Source of the DNA: Acidimicrobiales bacterium | GTDB taxonomy: Bacteria; Actinomycetota; Acidimicrobiia; Acidimicrobiales; JACDCH01 | Length of the DNA: 64,000 nucleotides | Assembly: GCA_051000215.1 (NCBI GenBank) | Contig: JBPCON010000038.1 | Coordinates: forward strand, 3,797 to 67,796 | Reading direction: 5' to 3' | Part shown: piece by piece, positions 15,716 to 25,934 of the stretch | Numbering within the stretch: the stretch's first letter is position 1 | How the letters are laid out: each line of letters begins with the position of its first letter | Translations under genes and position numbers: made by a program | The notes under the pieces: generated by a model | What the model was told of the DNA's origin: nothing | Database searches by the model: none | The model's input: the letters and a program-made list of their open reading frames with translations, nothing else

Positions 15716-16960
15716 GTGCGCGCTGTCGTGGTCGGCGGCGACGGGCGCGCCCACGCCATCGCAGCTGTGCTCGGGCGCACGTGCGCCTCCGTCGTGGTGT
15801 CGGGCGGCAACGCCGGGATGGCGGCTCTCGGCATCGACGTCACGGCCGCAACGCCTGATGCGCTCGACGCCGACCTCTTCGTGATCAGCGCCGAAGGGCC
15901 GCTCGTCGATGGCATCGCCGACCGGCTCCGAGCCCAGGGCAAGCGCGTCTTCGGGCCCGGGGCAGATGGGGCGCGTCTCGAGGGATCCAAGGCGTGGATG
16001 AAGGAGCTCGTCGCCCGAGCGGGCGTCCCCACCGCGAAGCATCGATCGTTCTCCGAGCCCGAAGCAGCAGTCGCGTACCTGCGCACGCTGGCTCCGCCGT
16101 ACGTCGTGAAGACCGACGGTCTTGCAGCGGGGAAAGGGGTGCTCGTCACCGACGTGCGCGCCGACGCCGAAGACGACGTGCGCGCGAAGCTCGCAGGGAC
16201 TTCGTTCGGGGCTGCCGGGCACACCGTCGTGGTCGAGGAGGGGATGGTCGGCCCCGAGCTCTCCGTGCTCGCGGTGTGCGACGGCACCTCCGCTGTCGCG
16301 TTGGCGCCAGCGCGCGACTTCAAACGGGCACGCGACGGCGACGTCGGCCCCAACACGGGCGGCATGGGCGCGTACGCCCCCGTCCCCGATGCCGACGACG
16401 CACTCGTCGGCGAGGTGATCGAGCGGTTCGTGTCCCCCACGTTGCACGCGCTGCGAGCACGGGGCATCGACTACCGGGGCACGTTGTACGCCGGGCTCAT
16501 GGTCACAGCCGAGGGCCTCAAGCTCGTCGAGTACAACGTGCGCTTCGGCGACCCGGAGGCGCAGGTGGTGTTGCCACTGCTCTCGTGCGACCTCGCCGAG
16601 CTGCTTGCCGCAGCGGCCGACGGCGGTCTCGAGGGGCGCCACGCGAGCTTCACGACCGAAGCGCGCGTCTGCGTGGTCGCTGCGGCCCCCGGCTACCCAG
16701 AGGCGCCGGTGGTCGGCGCGCCCATCGTCGGGCTCGAAGGCTTGCGCTTCGCTGGGGCAGAGGTGTTCAGCGCTGGTGTGGCGCGCGGCGAGTCGGGTTC
16801 GCTGGTCACAGCCGGCGGGCGGGTGCTCGACGTCGTGGGCGGCGGCGAGACGATCGCAGCCGCACGCTGCCACGCGTACGACGCGCTTCGTGGCATCTCA
16901 TTCGCCGGTATGCAGTTCCGAACCGATATCGCAGAAGCCGCTGCGCCGGACGAGGCATGA
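15716..16960 (+). CDS. purD: Phosphoribosylamine-glycine ligase
   Basis: [55 protein letters not shown]. Confidence 0.95.
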   Translation: MRAVVVGGDGRAHAIAAVLGRTCASVVVSGGNAGMAALGIDVTAATPDALDADLFVISAEGPLVDGIADRLRAQGKRVFGPGADGARLEGSKAWMKELVARAGVPTAKHRSFSEPEAAVAYLRTLAPPYVVKTDGLAAGKGVLVTDVRADAEDDVRAKLAGTSFGAAGHTVVVEEGMVGPELSVLAVCDGTSAVALAPARDFKRARDGDVGPNTGGMGAYAPVPDADDALVGEVIERFVSPTLHALRARGIDYRGTLYAGLMVTAEGLKLVEYNVRFGDPEAQVVLPLLSCDLAELLAAAADGGLEGRHASFTTEARVCVVAAAPGYPEAPVVGAPIVGLEGLRFAGAEVFSAGVARGESGSLVTAGGRVLDVVGGGETIAAARCHAYDALRGISFAGMQFRTDIAEAAAPDEA

Positions 16961-17052
16961 TCACGATCATGATCGAGCTGATCGAGCCGTTGCCGCAGGC
17001 AACGTTGGCGAGGCCGAAATCGGCCGAGACCGCGAGGGGACTACAGCTGTGA
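16957..17052 (+). CDS. Putative 31-aa small ORF bridging purD and purE
   Basis: ATGA overlap with the purD stop and GTGA overlap with the purE start; fills the whole gap in frame. Confidence 0.35.
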   Translation: MITIMIELIEPLPQATLARPKSAETARGLQL

Positions 17053-17504
17053 AGGTCGCCGTGCTCATGGGCTCGCCCAACGATCGCGACAAGATGCAAC
17101 CCGCGGTCGACATGCTCGAACGGTTCGGCATCGAGGCCGACGTGAGGGTGCTCTCGGCGCATCGCACCCCGGCGAAGGTCGCCGAGCTCGCGGCCGGTGC
17201 GCGTCAGGCGGGCTACTGCGCCTTCATCTGCGGGGCCGGCATGGCAGCACACCTCGCGGGCGCTGTCGCAGCGCAGACCACGCTGCCTGTCGTCGGCGTC
17301 CCCCTCTCGGGCGGCGCCCTCAACGGTGTCGACGCCCTCTACGCCACCGTGCAGATGCCCAAGGGCATCCCTGTCGCGACGGTGGCGGTCGACGGCTCGA
17401 TGAACGCTGCGCTGCTCGTCGTGCAGATGCTGGCGATCAACGACGAGGGCCTGGCTGGCAGCCTCGATGAGCACCGGCGGGAGATCGGCGGCGACCAGCC
17501 GTGA
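17049..17504 (+). CDS. purE: N5-CAIR mutase / AIR carboxylase PurE
   Basis: [45 protein letters not shown]. Confidence 0.95.
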   Translation: MKVAVLMGSPNDRDKMQPAVDMLERFGIEADVRVLSAHRTPAKVAELAAGARQAGYCAFICGAGMAAHLAGAVAAQTTLPVVGVPLSGGALNGVDALYATVQMPKGIPVATVAVDGSMNAALLVVQMLAINDEGLAGSLDEHRREIGGDQP

Positions 17505-18928
17505 GCGATCAGACGACGAACGTGCTCGCAGATCGGTACGCGTCACCACCGCTGATCGAGCTCTGGTCGTCCGCGCACAAGGTCGTGCTCGAGCGACGGT
17601 TGTGGGTCGCGGTTCTCCGGGCGCAGCGCGAGCTCGGCGTTGCGGTGCCCGAGGGCGTGATCGAGGCATACGAAGCCGTGAGCGACCAGGTCGATCTCCC
17701 CGCGATCGCTGCGCGCGAGCGCACGACGCGCCACGACGTCAAGGCCCGCATCGACGAGTTCGCCGCGTTGGCCGGCCACGAGCACGTCCACAAGGGGATG
17801 ACTTCGCGCGACCTGACCGAGAACATCGAGCAGCTCCAGGTCAAAGGCTCGCTCGAGCTCGTACGCGATCGCATGGTCGCGACACTGGTCCGCCTCGCGC
17901 AGCTCGCGACCGACCACGCCGAGTTGGTCATGACGGGGCGCAGCCACAACGTCGCAGCGCAGGCGACGACGTTGGGCAAGCGGTTCGCCTCGGCTGGCGA
18001 GGAGCTCCTCGTGGCGTTCGAGCGCGTCGAAGATCTGCTCGCGCGCTACCCGTTGCGGGGGATCAAAGGACCAATGGGCACTGCCCAGGACCAGCTCGAC
18101 CTCCTCGGTGGCGACCTGGGTAAGCTCGTTGCGCTCGAGAGCGCCGTCGCGCGGCACCTCGGCTTTACGCGCGTGTTGGGGTCGGTTGGCCAGGTGTATC
18201 CGCGCTCGCTCGATCTCGACGTCGTGAGCGCCCTGGTGCAAGCCGGCGCAGGCCCGTCTTCGCTCGCGGTGACGCTGCGGCTCATGGCTGGCCACGAGCT
18301 GGTGACCGAGGGCTTCCGGCCGGGCCAGGTCGGCTCGTCGGCGATGCCACACAAGATGAACAGCCGATCCTGTGAGCGCGTGAACGGTCTGATGGGCGTG
18401 CTCCGCGGCCACCTCACGATGGCGGCAGGGCTCGCGGGCGAGCAGTGGAACGAGGGTGACGTGAGCTGTTCGGTCGTGCGTCGGGTCCTGTTGCCCGACG
18501 CGTTCTTCGCGGCCGACGGGCTGTTCCAGACGGTCCTGACCGTGCTCGACGAGCTCGGTGCATACCCAGCGGTGATCGAGCGCGAGCTGCGCCGCTACCT
18601 GCCGTTCCTCGCCACGACGAAGGTGCTTGTCGCCGCCGTCAAGGCTGGGGTGGGCCGCGAGATCGCCCACGAGGTCATCAAGGAACACGCGGTGGCCGTC
18701 GCTCTCGAGATGCGCGAGAAGGGGAGCGACGGCAACGACCTGCTCGATCGCCTCGCTGGCGATGCTCGCTTGCGCCTCGATCGCGCGACGCTCGAACGAG
18801 TGGTCCTCGACCCGCTCGGCTTCACGGGTGCAGCGAGCGCCCAGGTCGTCTCCTTCGCGCAGCGGGTCGCCCCGATCGCGGCGCTCCACGCCGCTGCGGC
18901 TGCGTACTGCCCGGAGCCCATCCTGTAG
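17501..18928 (+). CDS. purB: Adenylosuccinate lyase
   Basis: [25 protein letters not shown] signature. Confidence 0.96.
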   Translation: MSDQTTNVLADRYASPPLIELWSSAHKVVLERRLWVAVLRAQRELGVAVPEGVIEAYEAVSDQVDLPAIAARERTTRHDVKARIDEFAALAGHEHVHKGMTSRDLTENIEQLQVKGSLELVRDRMVATLVRLAQLATDHAELVMTGRSHNVAAQATTLGKRFASAGEELLVAFERVEDLLARYPLRGIKGPMGTAQDQLDLLGGDLGKLVALESAVARHLGFTRVLGSVGQVYPRSLDLDVVSALVQAGAGPSSLAVTLRLMAGHELVTEGFRPGQVGSSAMPHKMNSRSCERVNGLMGVLRGHLTMAAGLAGEQWNEGDVSCSVVRRVLLPDAFFAADGLFQTVLTVLDELGAYPAVIERELRRYLPFLATTKVLVAAVKAGVGREIAHEVIKEHAVAVALEMREKGSDGNDLLDRLAGDARLRLDRATLERVVLDPLGFTGAASAQVVSFAQRVAPIAALHAAAAAYCPEPIL

Positions 18929-18937
18929 AACGAGTCG

Positions 18938-19822
18938 ATGACGTTGTTGAACCTCCCGCACATCTACTCCGGGAAGGTCCGCGACATCTACGACGCGGGC
19001 GAAGACCGGTTGTTGATGGTGACCTCGGACCGCCTCTCGGCGTTCGACGTCGTGATGGCCGAGCCCGTACCCGAAAAGGGGCGCGTACTCACCGCGATGA
19101 CCGCCTTCCGGCTCGAACAGCTCAGCGATGTGGCTGGCAGCCACCTCCTTTCGACAGACATCGCCGATCTGCCCGAACCCGCCCGGCTCCCCGAGGTCGC
19201 GGGGCGGGCGATGCTGTGCCGCCGGGCCGAGATGCTGCCGGTCGAATGCATCGTGCGGGGCTACCTCTCGGGTTCGGCATGGAAGGAGTACAAGGCGAAG
19301 GGAACGATGCACGGGGCCGAACTGCCTGCCGGTCTCCAGGAGTCCGATCGGCTGCCCGAGCCGGTGTTCACGCCGTCGACCAAGGCCGAGATCGGCGATC
19401 ACGACGAGAACATCTCCTACGAGCGAGCCGCAGCGATCCTCGGCGACGACGTCGCGAGCCGAGCGCGCGAGCTCAGCCTCGAGCTCTACGAGCGCGGCGC
19501 GCAGTGGGCGCTCGAGCGTGGCATCGTCATCGCCGACACCAAGTTCGAGCTCGGCTTCGTCGATGGCGAGCTCGTCGTGTGCGACGAGGTCCTGACCCCC
19601 GACTCGTCGCGGTTCTGGGCTGGTGAGGCCGTCGTCGCCGGGACCACCCCGCCGAGCTTCGACAAGCAGCCCGTGCGCGACTACCTCGACGGGCTCGACT
19701 GGGACAAGCAGCCCCCACCACCGAGCCTGCCCGATGAGGTCGTCGACGCGTCAGCTGCCCGTTACCGAGAAGCGTACGAGCGCATCACCGGCCGGTCCCT
19801 CGACGCCTGGCCGGGCGCCTGA
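18938..19822 (+). CDS. purC: SAICAR synthetase
   Basis: YSGKVRDIY, SDRLSAFD, ECIVRGYLSGS, FTPSTKAE, IADTKFELG, DEVLTPDSSRFW, FDKQPVRD. Confidence 0.97.
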   Translation: MTLLNLPHIYSGKVRDIYDAGEDRLLMVTSDRLSAFDVVMAEPVPEKGRVLTAMTAFRLEQLSDVAGSHLLSTDIADLPEPARLPEVAGRAMLCRRAEMLPVECIVRGYLSGSAWKEYKAKGTMHGAELPAGLQESDRLPEPVFTPSTKAEIGDHDENISYERAAAILGDDVASRARELSLELYERGAQWALERGIVIADTKFELGFVDGELVVCDEVLTPDSSRFWAGEAVVAGTTPPSFDKQPVRDYLDGLDWDKQPPPPSLPDEVVDASAARYREAYERITGRSLDAWPGA

Positions 19823-20672
19823 GCACCCAGAGGTCCTGGTAGTCGAGAAGGCCGCTGGGTTCGTGCGCCACGATCTCCACATCGGGATCGGCCTCGGACA
19901 CCAGCGTCGCGATCACGTCCGGACGGTGCCACGTCATGCCGTAATCACCCCGGGTGGAGCGGTATGGCGAGTACGAGAAGCCAGGGCCGGCCCACGCCGC
20001 CTCGATGTCGGCGCGCACGCCGCCGAACGAGGTGGGGTTGTTCTCCTCGAGCTCGTCGAGTGCCCGTCGGCCGTGGGTGCTGAAGACGAAAGCGCCTCCG
20101 GGAGCCAACGAGCGGCAGCCCAGTCGTAGGAAGCGCTGCGAACCCTCCCAATCGACGTGGGTGATCACCGAGATGGCGAACACGACATCGAAGGTCGAGC
20201 CCGTGATGACCTCGAATGCAGCGTTGGAGCGCAGGGTGGCGACGCCGAGCTCGTTCTGGCAGAACCGCACCGCGCTGGGATCGAGCTCGATTGCCGTGAG
20301 CTGCTCGCTTGGGACTCGCTCGGCGAGGACGCGCAAGAGCCGGCCATAACCCGCTCCGATCTCGAGCCAGCGGCCTGCATCGATGTCGGCTCCGGCCAAG
20401 CGAGCGAGGCGTGTGACGGCATCGACCGTGGTGCGAGCGCTGTCGAGGTACTGCTCGATGCCTGAAGGAGTTGCGCCGAACGCTCGCAGCATGAAGTCGT
20501 TGCGATGAAAGCGGCCATGGCCGGCGACTTCGACAGGAGGCAGCCGCCGGAGGACAACTTCTCGCAGCCGGCGAGCCGAGCGCCACGCCGTTGGGTGGTC
20601 GTGCAGGAGCTTCGCCGCACGCTGCCGCGAGCTGTGTCGAAGCGATCCCAGATCACCCAAGACCGCCAGCAT
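19785..20672 (-). CDS. Class I SAM-dependent methyltransferase, antisense insertion in the pur cluster
   Basis: WLEIGAGYGR motif I, FDVVFAISVITHV, LAPGGAFVFSTHG; full-length similarity to 58779..59621; start uncertain. Confidence 0.8.
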   Translation of the reverse strand: MLAVLGDLGSLRHSSRQRAAKLLHDHPTAWRSARRLREVVLRRLPPVEVAGHGRFHRNDFMLRAFGATPSGIEQYLDSARTTVDAVTRLARLAGADIDAGRWLEIGAGYGRLLRVLAERVPSEQLTAIELDPSAVRFCQNELGVATLRSNAAFEVITGSTFDVVFAISVITHVDWEGSQRFLRLGCRSLAPGGAFVFSTHGRRALDELEENNPTSFGGVRADIEAAWAGPGFSYSPYRSTRGDYGMTWHRPDVIATLVSEADPDVEIVAHEPSGLLDYQDLWVLRRPARRRGTGR

Positions 20673-20717
20673 AGAGAGCAGCCCGATATCGCGATGGCGG
20701 CATGCGAAGATGGGCCC

Positions 20718-20978
20718 GTGCGCTTCTCCGTCGTCGTCGAGGTGCAGCTGCGCGCCGGCGTCGCCGATCCGCAGGGCGCCACGATCGAGCGGTCGCTGCC
20801 GACGCTCGGTTTCGACGGCGTGAGCGGCGTCCGCGTCGGAAAGAGCATCCGCTTCGTCGTCGATGCGCCCGACGAGGCCGCTGCGGGCGTCGAGGTCGAG
20901 GAGCTCTGTCAGCGCTTCCTCACCAACCCGGTGATCGAGGACTCCACCGCCACGGTGACCGAGGTCGACGCCGCGTGA
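20718..20978 (+). CDS. purS: FGAM synthase subunit PurS
   Basis: VQLRAGVADPQGATIE...VRVGKSIRF...FLTNPVIED. Confidence 0.93.
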   Translation: MRFSVVVEVQLRAGVADPQGATIERSLPTLGFDGVSGVRVGKSIRFVVDAPDEAAAGVEVEELCQRFLTNPVIEDSTATVTEVDAA

Positions 20979-21649
20979 CGTCGGTCGGCGTCGTGTTGTT
21001 CCCCGGCTCGAACTGCGAGCTCGACGTCCTGGAGGCCGTTCGGGATCTCGGCGGCGACGCACGCCTGCTCTGGCACGGCGATCGCGACGTCGGAGCAGTC
21101 GACGCCGTCGTCGTACCCGGCGGGTTCGCGTACGGCGACTACCTGCGGCCAGGGGCCATTGCCCGGTTCAGCCCGATCATGGCCGCCGTGAGCGCGTTCG
21201 CCGCTGCCGGTGGGCCGGTGGTGGGCATCTGCAACGGCTTCCAGGTGCTCACTGAGGCAGGCCTGCTCCCCGGCGCGCTGCAGAAGAACCGGGGCCTCAA
21301 GTTCTTGTGCACGACCGTTGAGGTTCGGGTCGAGACGAGCGCGTCGCCGCTGACGTCGGCCGCGAACCAGGGAGATGTGTTGCGCATCCCGATCAACCAC
21401 TTCGAGGGGCAGTACACATGCAGCCCCGAGACGCTCGACGCGCTGCGGGCCGAGGATCGTGTGGTGCTGCGCTACGTCGACAACCCCAACGGCTCGGCCG
21501 ACGCCATAGCCGGCATCTGCAACGAGGGGCGCAACGTCGTGGGGCTGATGCCGCACCCGGAGCGAGCGTGCAACGAGCTGCTCGGATCGACCGACGGCGT
21601 GGTCCTGTTGCGGTCGCTCCTGGCCACCCCAGCAGCCGTCGCCGCCTGA
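20975..21649 (+). CDS. purQ: FGAM synthase glutaminase subunit PurQ
   Basis: FPGSNCE, PGGFAYGDYLRPGA, GICNGFQVL, GLMPHPER. Confidence 0.96.
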   Translation: MTSVGVVLFPGSNCELDVLEAVRDLGGDARLLWHGDRDVGAVDAVVVPGGFAYGDYLRPGAIARFSPIMAAVSAFAAAGGPVVGICNGFQVLTEAGLLPGALQKNRGLKFLCTTVEVRVETSASPLTSAANQGDVLRIPINHFEGQYTCSPETLDALRAEDRVVLRYVDNPNGSADAIAGICNEGRNVVGLMPHPERACNELLGSTDGVVLLRSLLATPAAVAA

Positions 21650-21665
21650 CCAGGCACACTTCGAG

Positions 21666-22016
21666 CTAGCGGGCCTTGGGTCGCCGTCCTGGGCGGGGCC
21701 TGGTCTCGTAGGCGGTCTTCGTCGCGGCGTCGCTGGCGTCGAGGTCGACGAGCAACAGCTCGGTGCCGTGCCCGCCCCCGAGCTTGCGAACCCAGACGTT
21801 GAGCCCCTTCCTGCGAGCCCAACTCGTCGCACTGATCGAAACGCTGTTGCGCTCCTTGGTCGAAGCGAAACTGACTTGTGCCGCGACGTTTCCGGTCGCC
21901 TTGAACTCGTCGAGCAGCTCTGCGCCTTTGCTGCTACCAGCACGAGTTTGCGGTTGGCTGATGAGACTACTCAGGGTCTGTTGATCGACCGCTTTGAGTT
22001 TGAACGATGTCACCAT
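21666..22016 (-). CDS. Hypothetical 116-aa basic protein, antisense between purQ and purL
   Basis: AGGAG SD 4 nt before ATG 22016; visibly more A/T-rich than its neighbours; C-terminus RPRPGRRPKAR. Confidence 0.7.
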   Translation of the reverse strand: MVTSFKLKAVDQQTLSSLISQPQTRAGSSKGAELLDEFKATGNVAAQVSFASTKERNSVSISATSWARRKGLNVWVRKLGGGHGTELLLVDLDASDAATKTAYETRPRPGRRPKAR

Positions 22017-22030
22017 GATTCTCCTACGTG

Positions 22031-22067
22031 TTTCGAGAACCACTTTGTAGCTGGTTCCCAGTCGAAA
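22031..22067. repeat. Bulged inverted repeat / hairpin upstream of the hypothetical gene
   Basis: TTTCGA-GAACCA [9 nt] TGGTTC-(CCAG)-TCGAAA. Confidence 0.5.
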
Positions 22068-22110
22068 GGGAAACTCCGCGTCATTCGATGCGTTCGAGTA
22101 TGTTCCCTCG

Positions 22111-24324
22111 GTGCCTCCCGACGTGCGTGCCGTGCACCGCTCGCTGGGACTCACCGATGATGAGCTCGAGGCCATCGTTCGCATCCTCGACAGGATGCCG
22201 AACCACCTCGAGCTGGCCATGTACTCCGTCATGTGGTCTGAGCACTGCTCCTACAAGTCCAGTCGCATCCACCTCCGACGGCTGCCGACCGAGGCCCCCT
22301 GGGTGTTGGTCGGGCCAGGTGAGGGGGCCGGCGTGGTCGATGTCGGTGACGGCATCGCCGCCGCCATCCGCATCGAGAGCCACAACCACCCATCCGCCAT
22401 CGAGCCATACCAGGGCGCGGCGACAGGTGTCGGCGGCATCCTGCGTGACATCTTCTCCATGGGGGCCCGCCCGATCGCGGTCCTCGATCCCTTACGGTTC
22501 GGGCCGCTCGAGGACCCCCGCAGCCGCTGGATCGCCGAGGGGGTCGTGTCGGGAATCTCGGGCTACGGCAACTCGGTCGGCGTCCCGACTGTGGGCGGCG
22601 AGACCGTGTTCGACGAGACGTACGCTGACAACCCCCTCGTCAACGTCTTCGCGCTCGGGGTGTTGCCCGTGGAGCGCCTGGTGCTGGGGCGAGCCACCGG
22701 CACCGGGAACCTCGCGGTGCTCCTCGGCTCGTCGACCGGCCGCGACGGCATCGGGGGGGTCTCGGTGCTGGCCTCGGCGGGCTTCGGGGGCGACGACGAT
22801 GCCGCCAAGCGCCCGAGCGTGCAGGTCGGCGACCCGTTCGAGGAGAAGCGGCTCATCGAGGCATGCATCGAGCTGCTCGATGGCGGCCTCGCCGTCGGTG
22901 TGCAGGACCTCGGCGGCGCTGGCCTCACGTGCGCGACGAGCGAGACCGCAGCCAAGGGCGGTGCGGGCATGGACGTCTACGTGAGCGAGGTGCCCCAGCG
23001 CGAGCCGGGCATGGCGCCCTTCGAGGTGCTCACCAGCGAAAGCCAGGAACGCATGCTGGCGATCGTGGCCCCCGAGCGGCTCGATGAGGTGCTCGCCATC
23101 ACCGAGCGGTGGGAGATTCGGGCCTCGGTCGTCGGCACGGTGACCGGATCCGGGCGCCTGCGGGTGCTCGAGCACCCCGGCGGGGCAGTGCTGGCCGACG
23201 TGCCAGCCAAGTCGCTCGAGGAGGACGCGCCGCTCTACGACCGGCCACGCCGCGCCCCGAGCGACCTGGCCGCTCGCCGCGCATCGGGACCCGAGCGGCT
23301 CCCGGCGCCGCTCGACGCAACGGCCGATCTTCTCGCGATGCTCATCGACACCGGGTGGGTGTCGAGCCAGTTCGACCACCAGCTCTTCCTCAACACCGTC
23401 GCTGGCCCCGGCGGCGACGCTGCCGTGCTACGGCTCAAGAACCCGACCACCGGTGCCGATACTGGTCGTGGCATGGCACTCACGACCGATGGCAACCACC
23501 GCTGGTGCGCGGTCGATCCGTGCCTCGGCACGTCGATGGTGGTGGCCGAGGCAGCGATGAACCTCGCGTGCGTCGGCGCCCGGCCGCTCGCGCTCGTCAA
23601 CTGCCTCAACTTCGGCAACCCGGAGCACCCCGAGGTGATGTGGCAGCTCGCCGAGGCCATCGACGGCATGGGCGAAGCCTGTCGAGCCCTCGAGATTCCC
23701 GTCGTCGGCGGCAACGTCAGCCTCTACAACGAGTCGCGTGGCGCCGACATCGACCCGACGCCCATCGTCGGGATGCTCGGGGTGATCGACCGTCTCGAGC
23801 AGCGACCCCCGGGCGTCGGGCTGATCGAGGGCGGTGCGATCCTGCTGGTCGGGCCGCGCACCGCGCAGCTCGCGGGATCGCGGTGGGCTTGGGAGCGCGG
23901 CGAGCGCGGCGGGGGCCTGGACGCCATCGACTTCGACCTGCACGAGCGGGTTTGCGACCTCGTGCGCGCGCTGGCCCTCGAAGGGATAGCGGCTGGGGTG
24001 CACGACATCGCAGACGGCGGCCTTGCGCTTGCGATCGCCGAAGCCGCCATACGCTCCGGCATCGGCTTCGAAGTGCACGCCGTCACGGGCCATGGCGAGC
24101 TGTTCGCCGAGGGCGCTTCACGCGTCGTTCTCTGTGTCGCGCCGACGATGGTCGCTGAGGTCGAGGCGCGCTGCCAGGCCGCTGGGGTGCCTGTCGTGCT
24201 GCTCGGGCACGCGAGGGGCGATCGCCTCGACGTCGCCGGTCTCATCGACATCTCATTGGCCGACGCGACGGCCGCTTTCCGTGACCATCTCCCAATGGCG
24301 CTCGGCGCCGGAACGGCGCACTAG
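22111..24324 (+). CDS. purL: FGAM synthase subunit PurL
   Basis: MWSEHCSYKSS, ESHNHPSAIEPYQGAATGVGGILRDI, GGVSVLAS, DLGGAGL, SESQERM, NFGNPE, GGNVSLYN. Confidence 0.98.
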   Translation: MPPDVRAVHRSLGLTDDELEAIVRILDRMPNHLELAMYSVMWSEHCSYKSSRIHLRRLPTEAPWVLVGPGEGAGVVDVGDGIAAAIRIESHNHPSAIEPYQGAATGVGGILRDIFSMGARPIAVLDPLRFGPLEDPRSRWIAEGVVSGISGYGNSVGVPTVGGETVFDETYADNPLVNVFALGVLPVERLVLGRATGTGNLAVLLGSSTGRDGIGGVSVLASAGFGGDDDAAKRPSVQVGDPFEEKRLIEACIELLDGGLAVGVQDLGGAGLTCATSETAAKGGAGMDVYVSEVPQREPGMAPFEVLTSESQERMLAIVAPERLDEVLAITERWEIRASVVGTVTGSGRLRVLEHPGGAVLADVPAKSLEEDAPLYDRPRRAPSDLAARRASGPERLPAPLDATADLLAMLIDTGWVSSQFDHQLFLNTVAGPGGDAAVLRLKNPTTGADTGRGMALTTDGNHRWCAVDPCLGTSMVVAEAAMNLACVGARPLALVNCLNFGNPEHPEVMWQLAEAIDGMGEACRALEIPVVGGNVSLYNESRGADIDPTPIVGMLGVIDRLEQRPPGVGLIEGGAILLVGPRTAQLAGSRWAWERGERGGGLDAIDFDLHERVCDLVRALALEGIAAGVHDIADGGLALAIAEAAIRSGIGFEVHAVTGHGELFAEGASRVVLCVAPTMVAEVEARCQAAGVPVVLLGHARGDRLDVAGLIDISLADATAAFRDHLPMALGAGTAH

Positions 24325-24326
24325 CC

Positions 24327-25889
24327 ATGTCGGCTTCTTCACGGTCGGTTGCCCAGCGGTCCCGCGCGCTTGCTCTCGGGGTCGCGCTCGTCTTGCTCGC
24401 CGCGGCGTGCGACAAGGGCACAGGATCCCAGGCCGAGAGCACCACCACTGTCGTCACCACCTCGCCAACGACCATCGCCCCGACCACATCCACGACGGTG
24501 GCGGCGACGACGACCACGGTCTCCGAGACGACGACCACGACCAGCCCGTCGCCGCCGACCACCATCCCAGGCGGCGGGTCGCTGACGCTCACCGATACGG
24601 GCTTCACCCGCGTGCGCGTCAGCATCACGAACCAGGCGCAGTGGGCCACCATCACGCTGCACGGCACCTCCCCCGTCGCCTCGAAGATCATCTCGACCAC
24701 CGGCAACAGCCAGGTCACCGCGCTCGGCGGGCAGGACATCGCCGTCCACGGTGACGGCACGGCGGTCGTCGACCTCGTGCTGTCGATCGCTCCAGGTGCC
24801 GCCACGTTCCTGTCGATGTGCAAGAACTACCTCGGCCGGGCGACGCTCGACGTGCACCGCTTGACCGACGGCGACGTGCCGATCGCGTCGTTCAGCAACA
24901 CCGGCATCGACCCGACGTCGTCGCCTTCCAGATGTGAGAACTACGCCGAATCTCCGCTCGATCGCGCCGCGCTCATCGGCCCGGTGCGGTGGCCCGCCCG
25001 CCACGACCCACGCCCGCTCGTGCTGGCCAACTACTACCCGTGGTACGACCCGGCGACGCTCAACCGCACGTTTGGTCCCGACGCGCCGATCGGGCCGGCT
25101 GACTCGTCCGACCCGACGGTCGTCGCGCAGGCAGTCGATCTGGCCCGTGGCTCCGGCATCGACGGTTTCGTCGTCGAGTACGAGGCGACGCCAGCCAACG
25201 ATCCGAGGATCGACTACGTCTACGCAGCCGCGGAGCAGCGCACGGGCTTTCAGGTCGCGCTCACGCTCGACATCGACCTGATCTACCGGCGCAACGGTCA
25301 GTTGAGCAACAACATGCTCGACGCAGCGCTCGGATCTGCCGCTTCGCACGCTTCGAGCCCGAGTCAACTGCGCGTGGGTGACCGGCCTGTCGTGTTCGTC
25401 TACGGGGTGAGCCGCGTCACGAACCAGCAATGGTCCGGCGCGCTCGACCGCCTTCGCGGACGAACGGGCGTGCAACCGTTCGTCATCTCGAACGACCCTG
25501 GCCTGAACAGCGACGCGCACTACCTCTACAACACGTACAACCTGACGACGCTCGATCAGCTCACACAATGGGCGTCGGGGACCTTGTTGCAGCAGCAGCT
25601 GCAGCCCGGCCTTGCCGGGCAGACCGGGTCGCTCTGGGTGGCGCCGGCATCCCCCGGCTACGACGATCGCCTCGTGAACCGACCGGACCACAGCTTCGTG
25701 TCGCGCGACGGGGGGCGCCGCTACGACCAGTCGTGGCAGACGGCCTTGACGACGTTGCCGGACTGGGTGCTCATCGCGACCTGGAACGAGTACTCCGAGC
25801 AGACGCACATCGCCCCGGGCTCGACGACGGGCTACCAGGCCCTCGACCAGACCACAGCCTGGGCACAGACGTTCCACGCCACGGGGTGA
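24327..25889 (+). CDS. Lipoprotein with Thr/Pro-rich linker and GH99/GH71-like glycoside hydrolase domain
   Basis: Lipobox LLAAAC; linker TTTVVTTSPTT...; VLANYYPWY, GIDGF, SPGYDDR, RDGGRRY, LIATWNEYSEQTHIAP. Confidence 0.75.
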   Translation: MSASSRSVAQRSRALALGVALVLLAAACDKGTGSQAESTTTVVTTSPTTIAPTTSTTVAATTTTVSETTTTTSPSPPTTIPGGGSLTLTDTGFTRVRVSITNQAQWATITLHGTSPVASKIISTTGNSQVTALGGQDIAVHGDGTAVVDLVLSIAPGAATFLSMCKNYLGRATLDVHRLTDGDVPIASFSNTGIDPTSSPSRCENYAESPLDRAALIGPVRWPARHDPRPLVLANYYPWYDPATLNRTFGPDAPIGPADSSDPTVVAQAVDLARGSGIDGFVVEYEATPANDPRIDYVYAAAEQRTGFQVALTLDIDLIYRRNGQLSNNMLDAALGSAASHASSPSQLRVGDRPVVFVYGVSRVTNQQWSGALDRLRGRTGVQPFVISNDPGLNSDAHYLYNTYNLTTLDQLTQWASGTLLQQQLQPGLAGQTGSLWVAPASPGYDDRLVNRPDHSFVSRDGGRRYDQSWQTALTTLPDWVLIATWNEYSEQTHIAPGSTTGYQALDQTTAWAQTFHATG

Positions 25890-25934
25890 GCGCCGCGGAA
25901 CGTCGACAGCCAGACGTTGCGCGAACCTAGGCCA

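Noticed and set aside
17049-17504. Class II (PurK-independent) PurE, suggested by the absence of purK in the cluster
   Set aside because: The sequence has the class I-like AGMAAHL motif; purK, purF and purM may simply lie elsewhere in the genome.
22017-22110. Possible purine-related riboswitch (ZTP or PRPP class) upstream of purL
   Set aside because: I could not find the conserved ZTP or ykkC-type motifs, and purL looks leaderless, which leaves no room for a 5' riboswitch.
24440-24570. ACC/ACG-rich low-complexity tract
   Set aside because: It encodes the Thr/Pro linker of the lipoprotein; not a CRISPR array or tandem DNA repeat element.
25898-25918. AACGTC/GACGTT inverted repeat after the GH99-like gene as a terminator
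   Set aside because: Only a 6-bp stem with no U-tract, between co-oriented genes; too weak to call.
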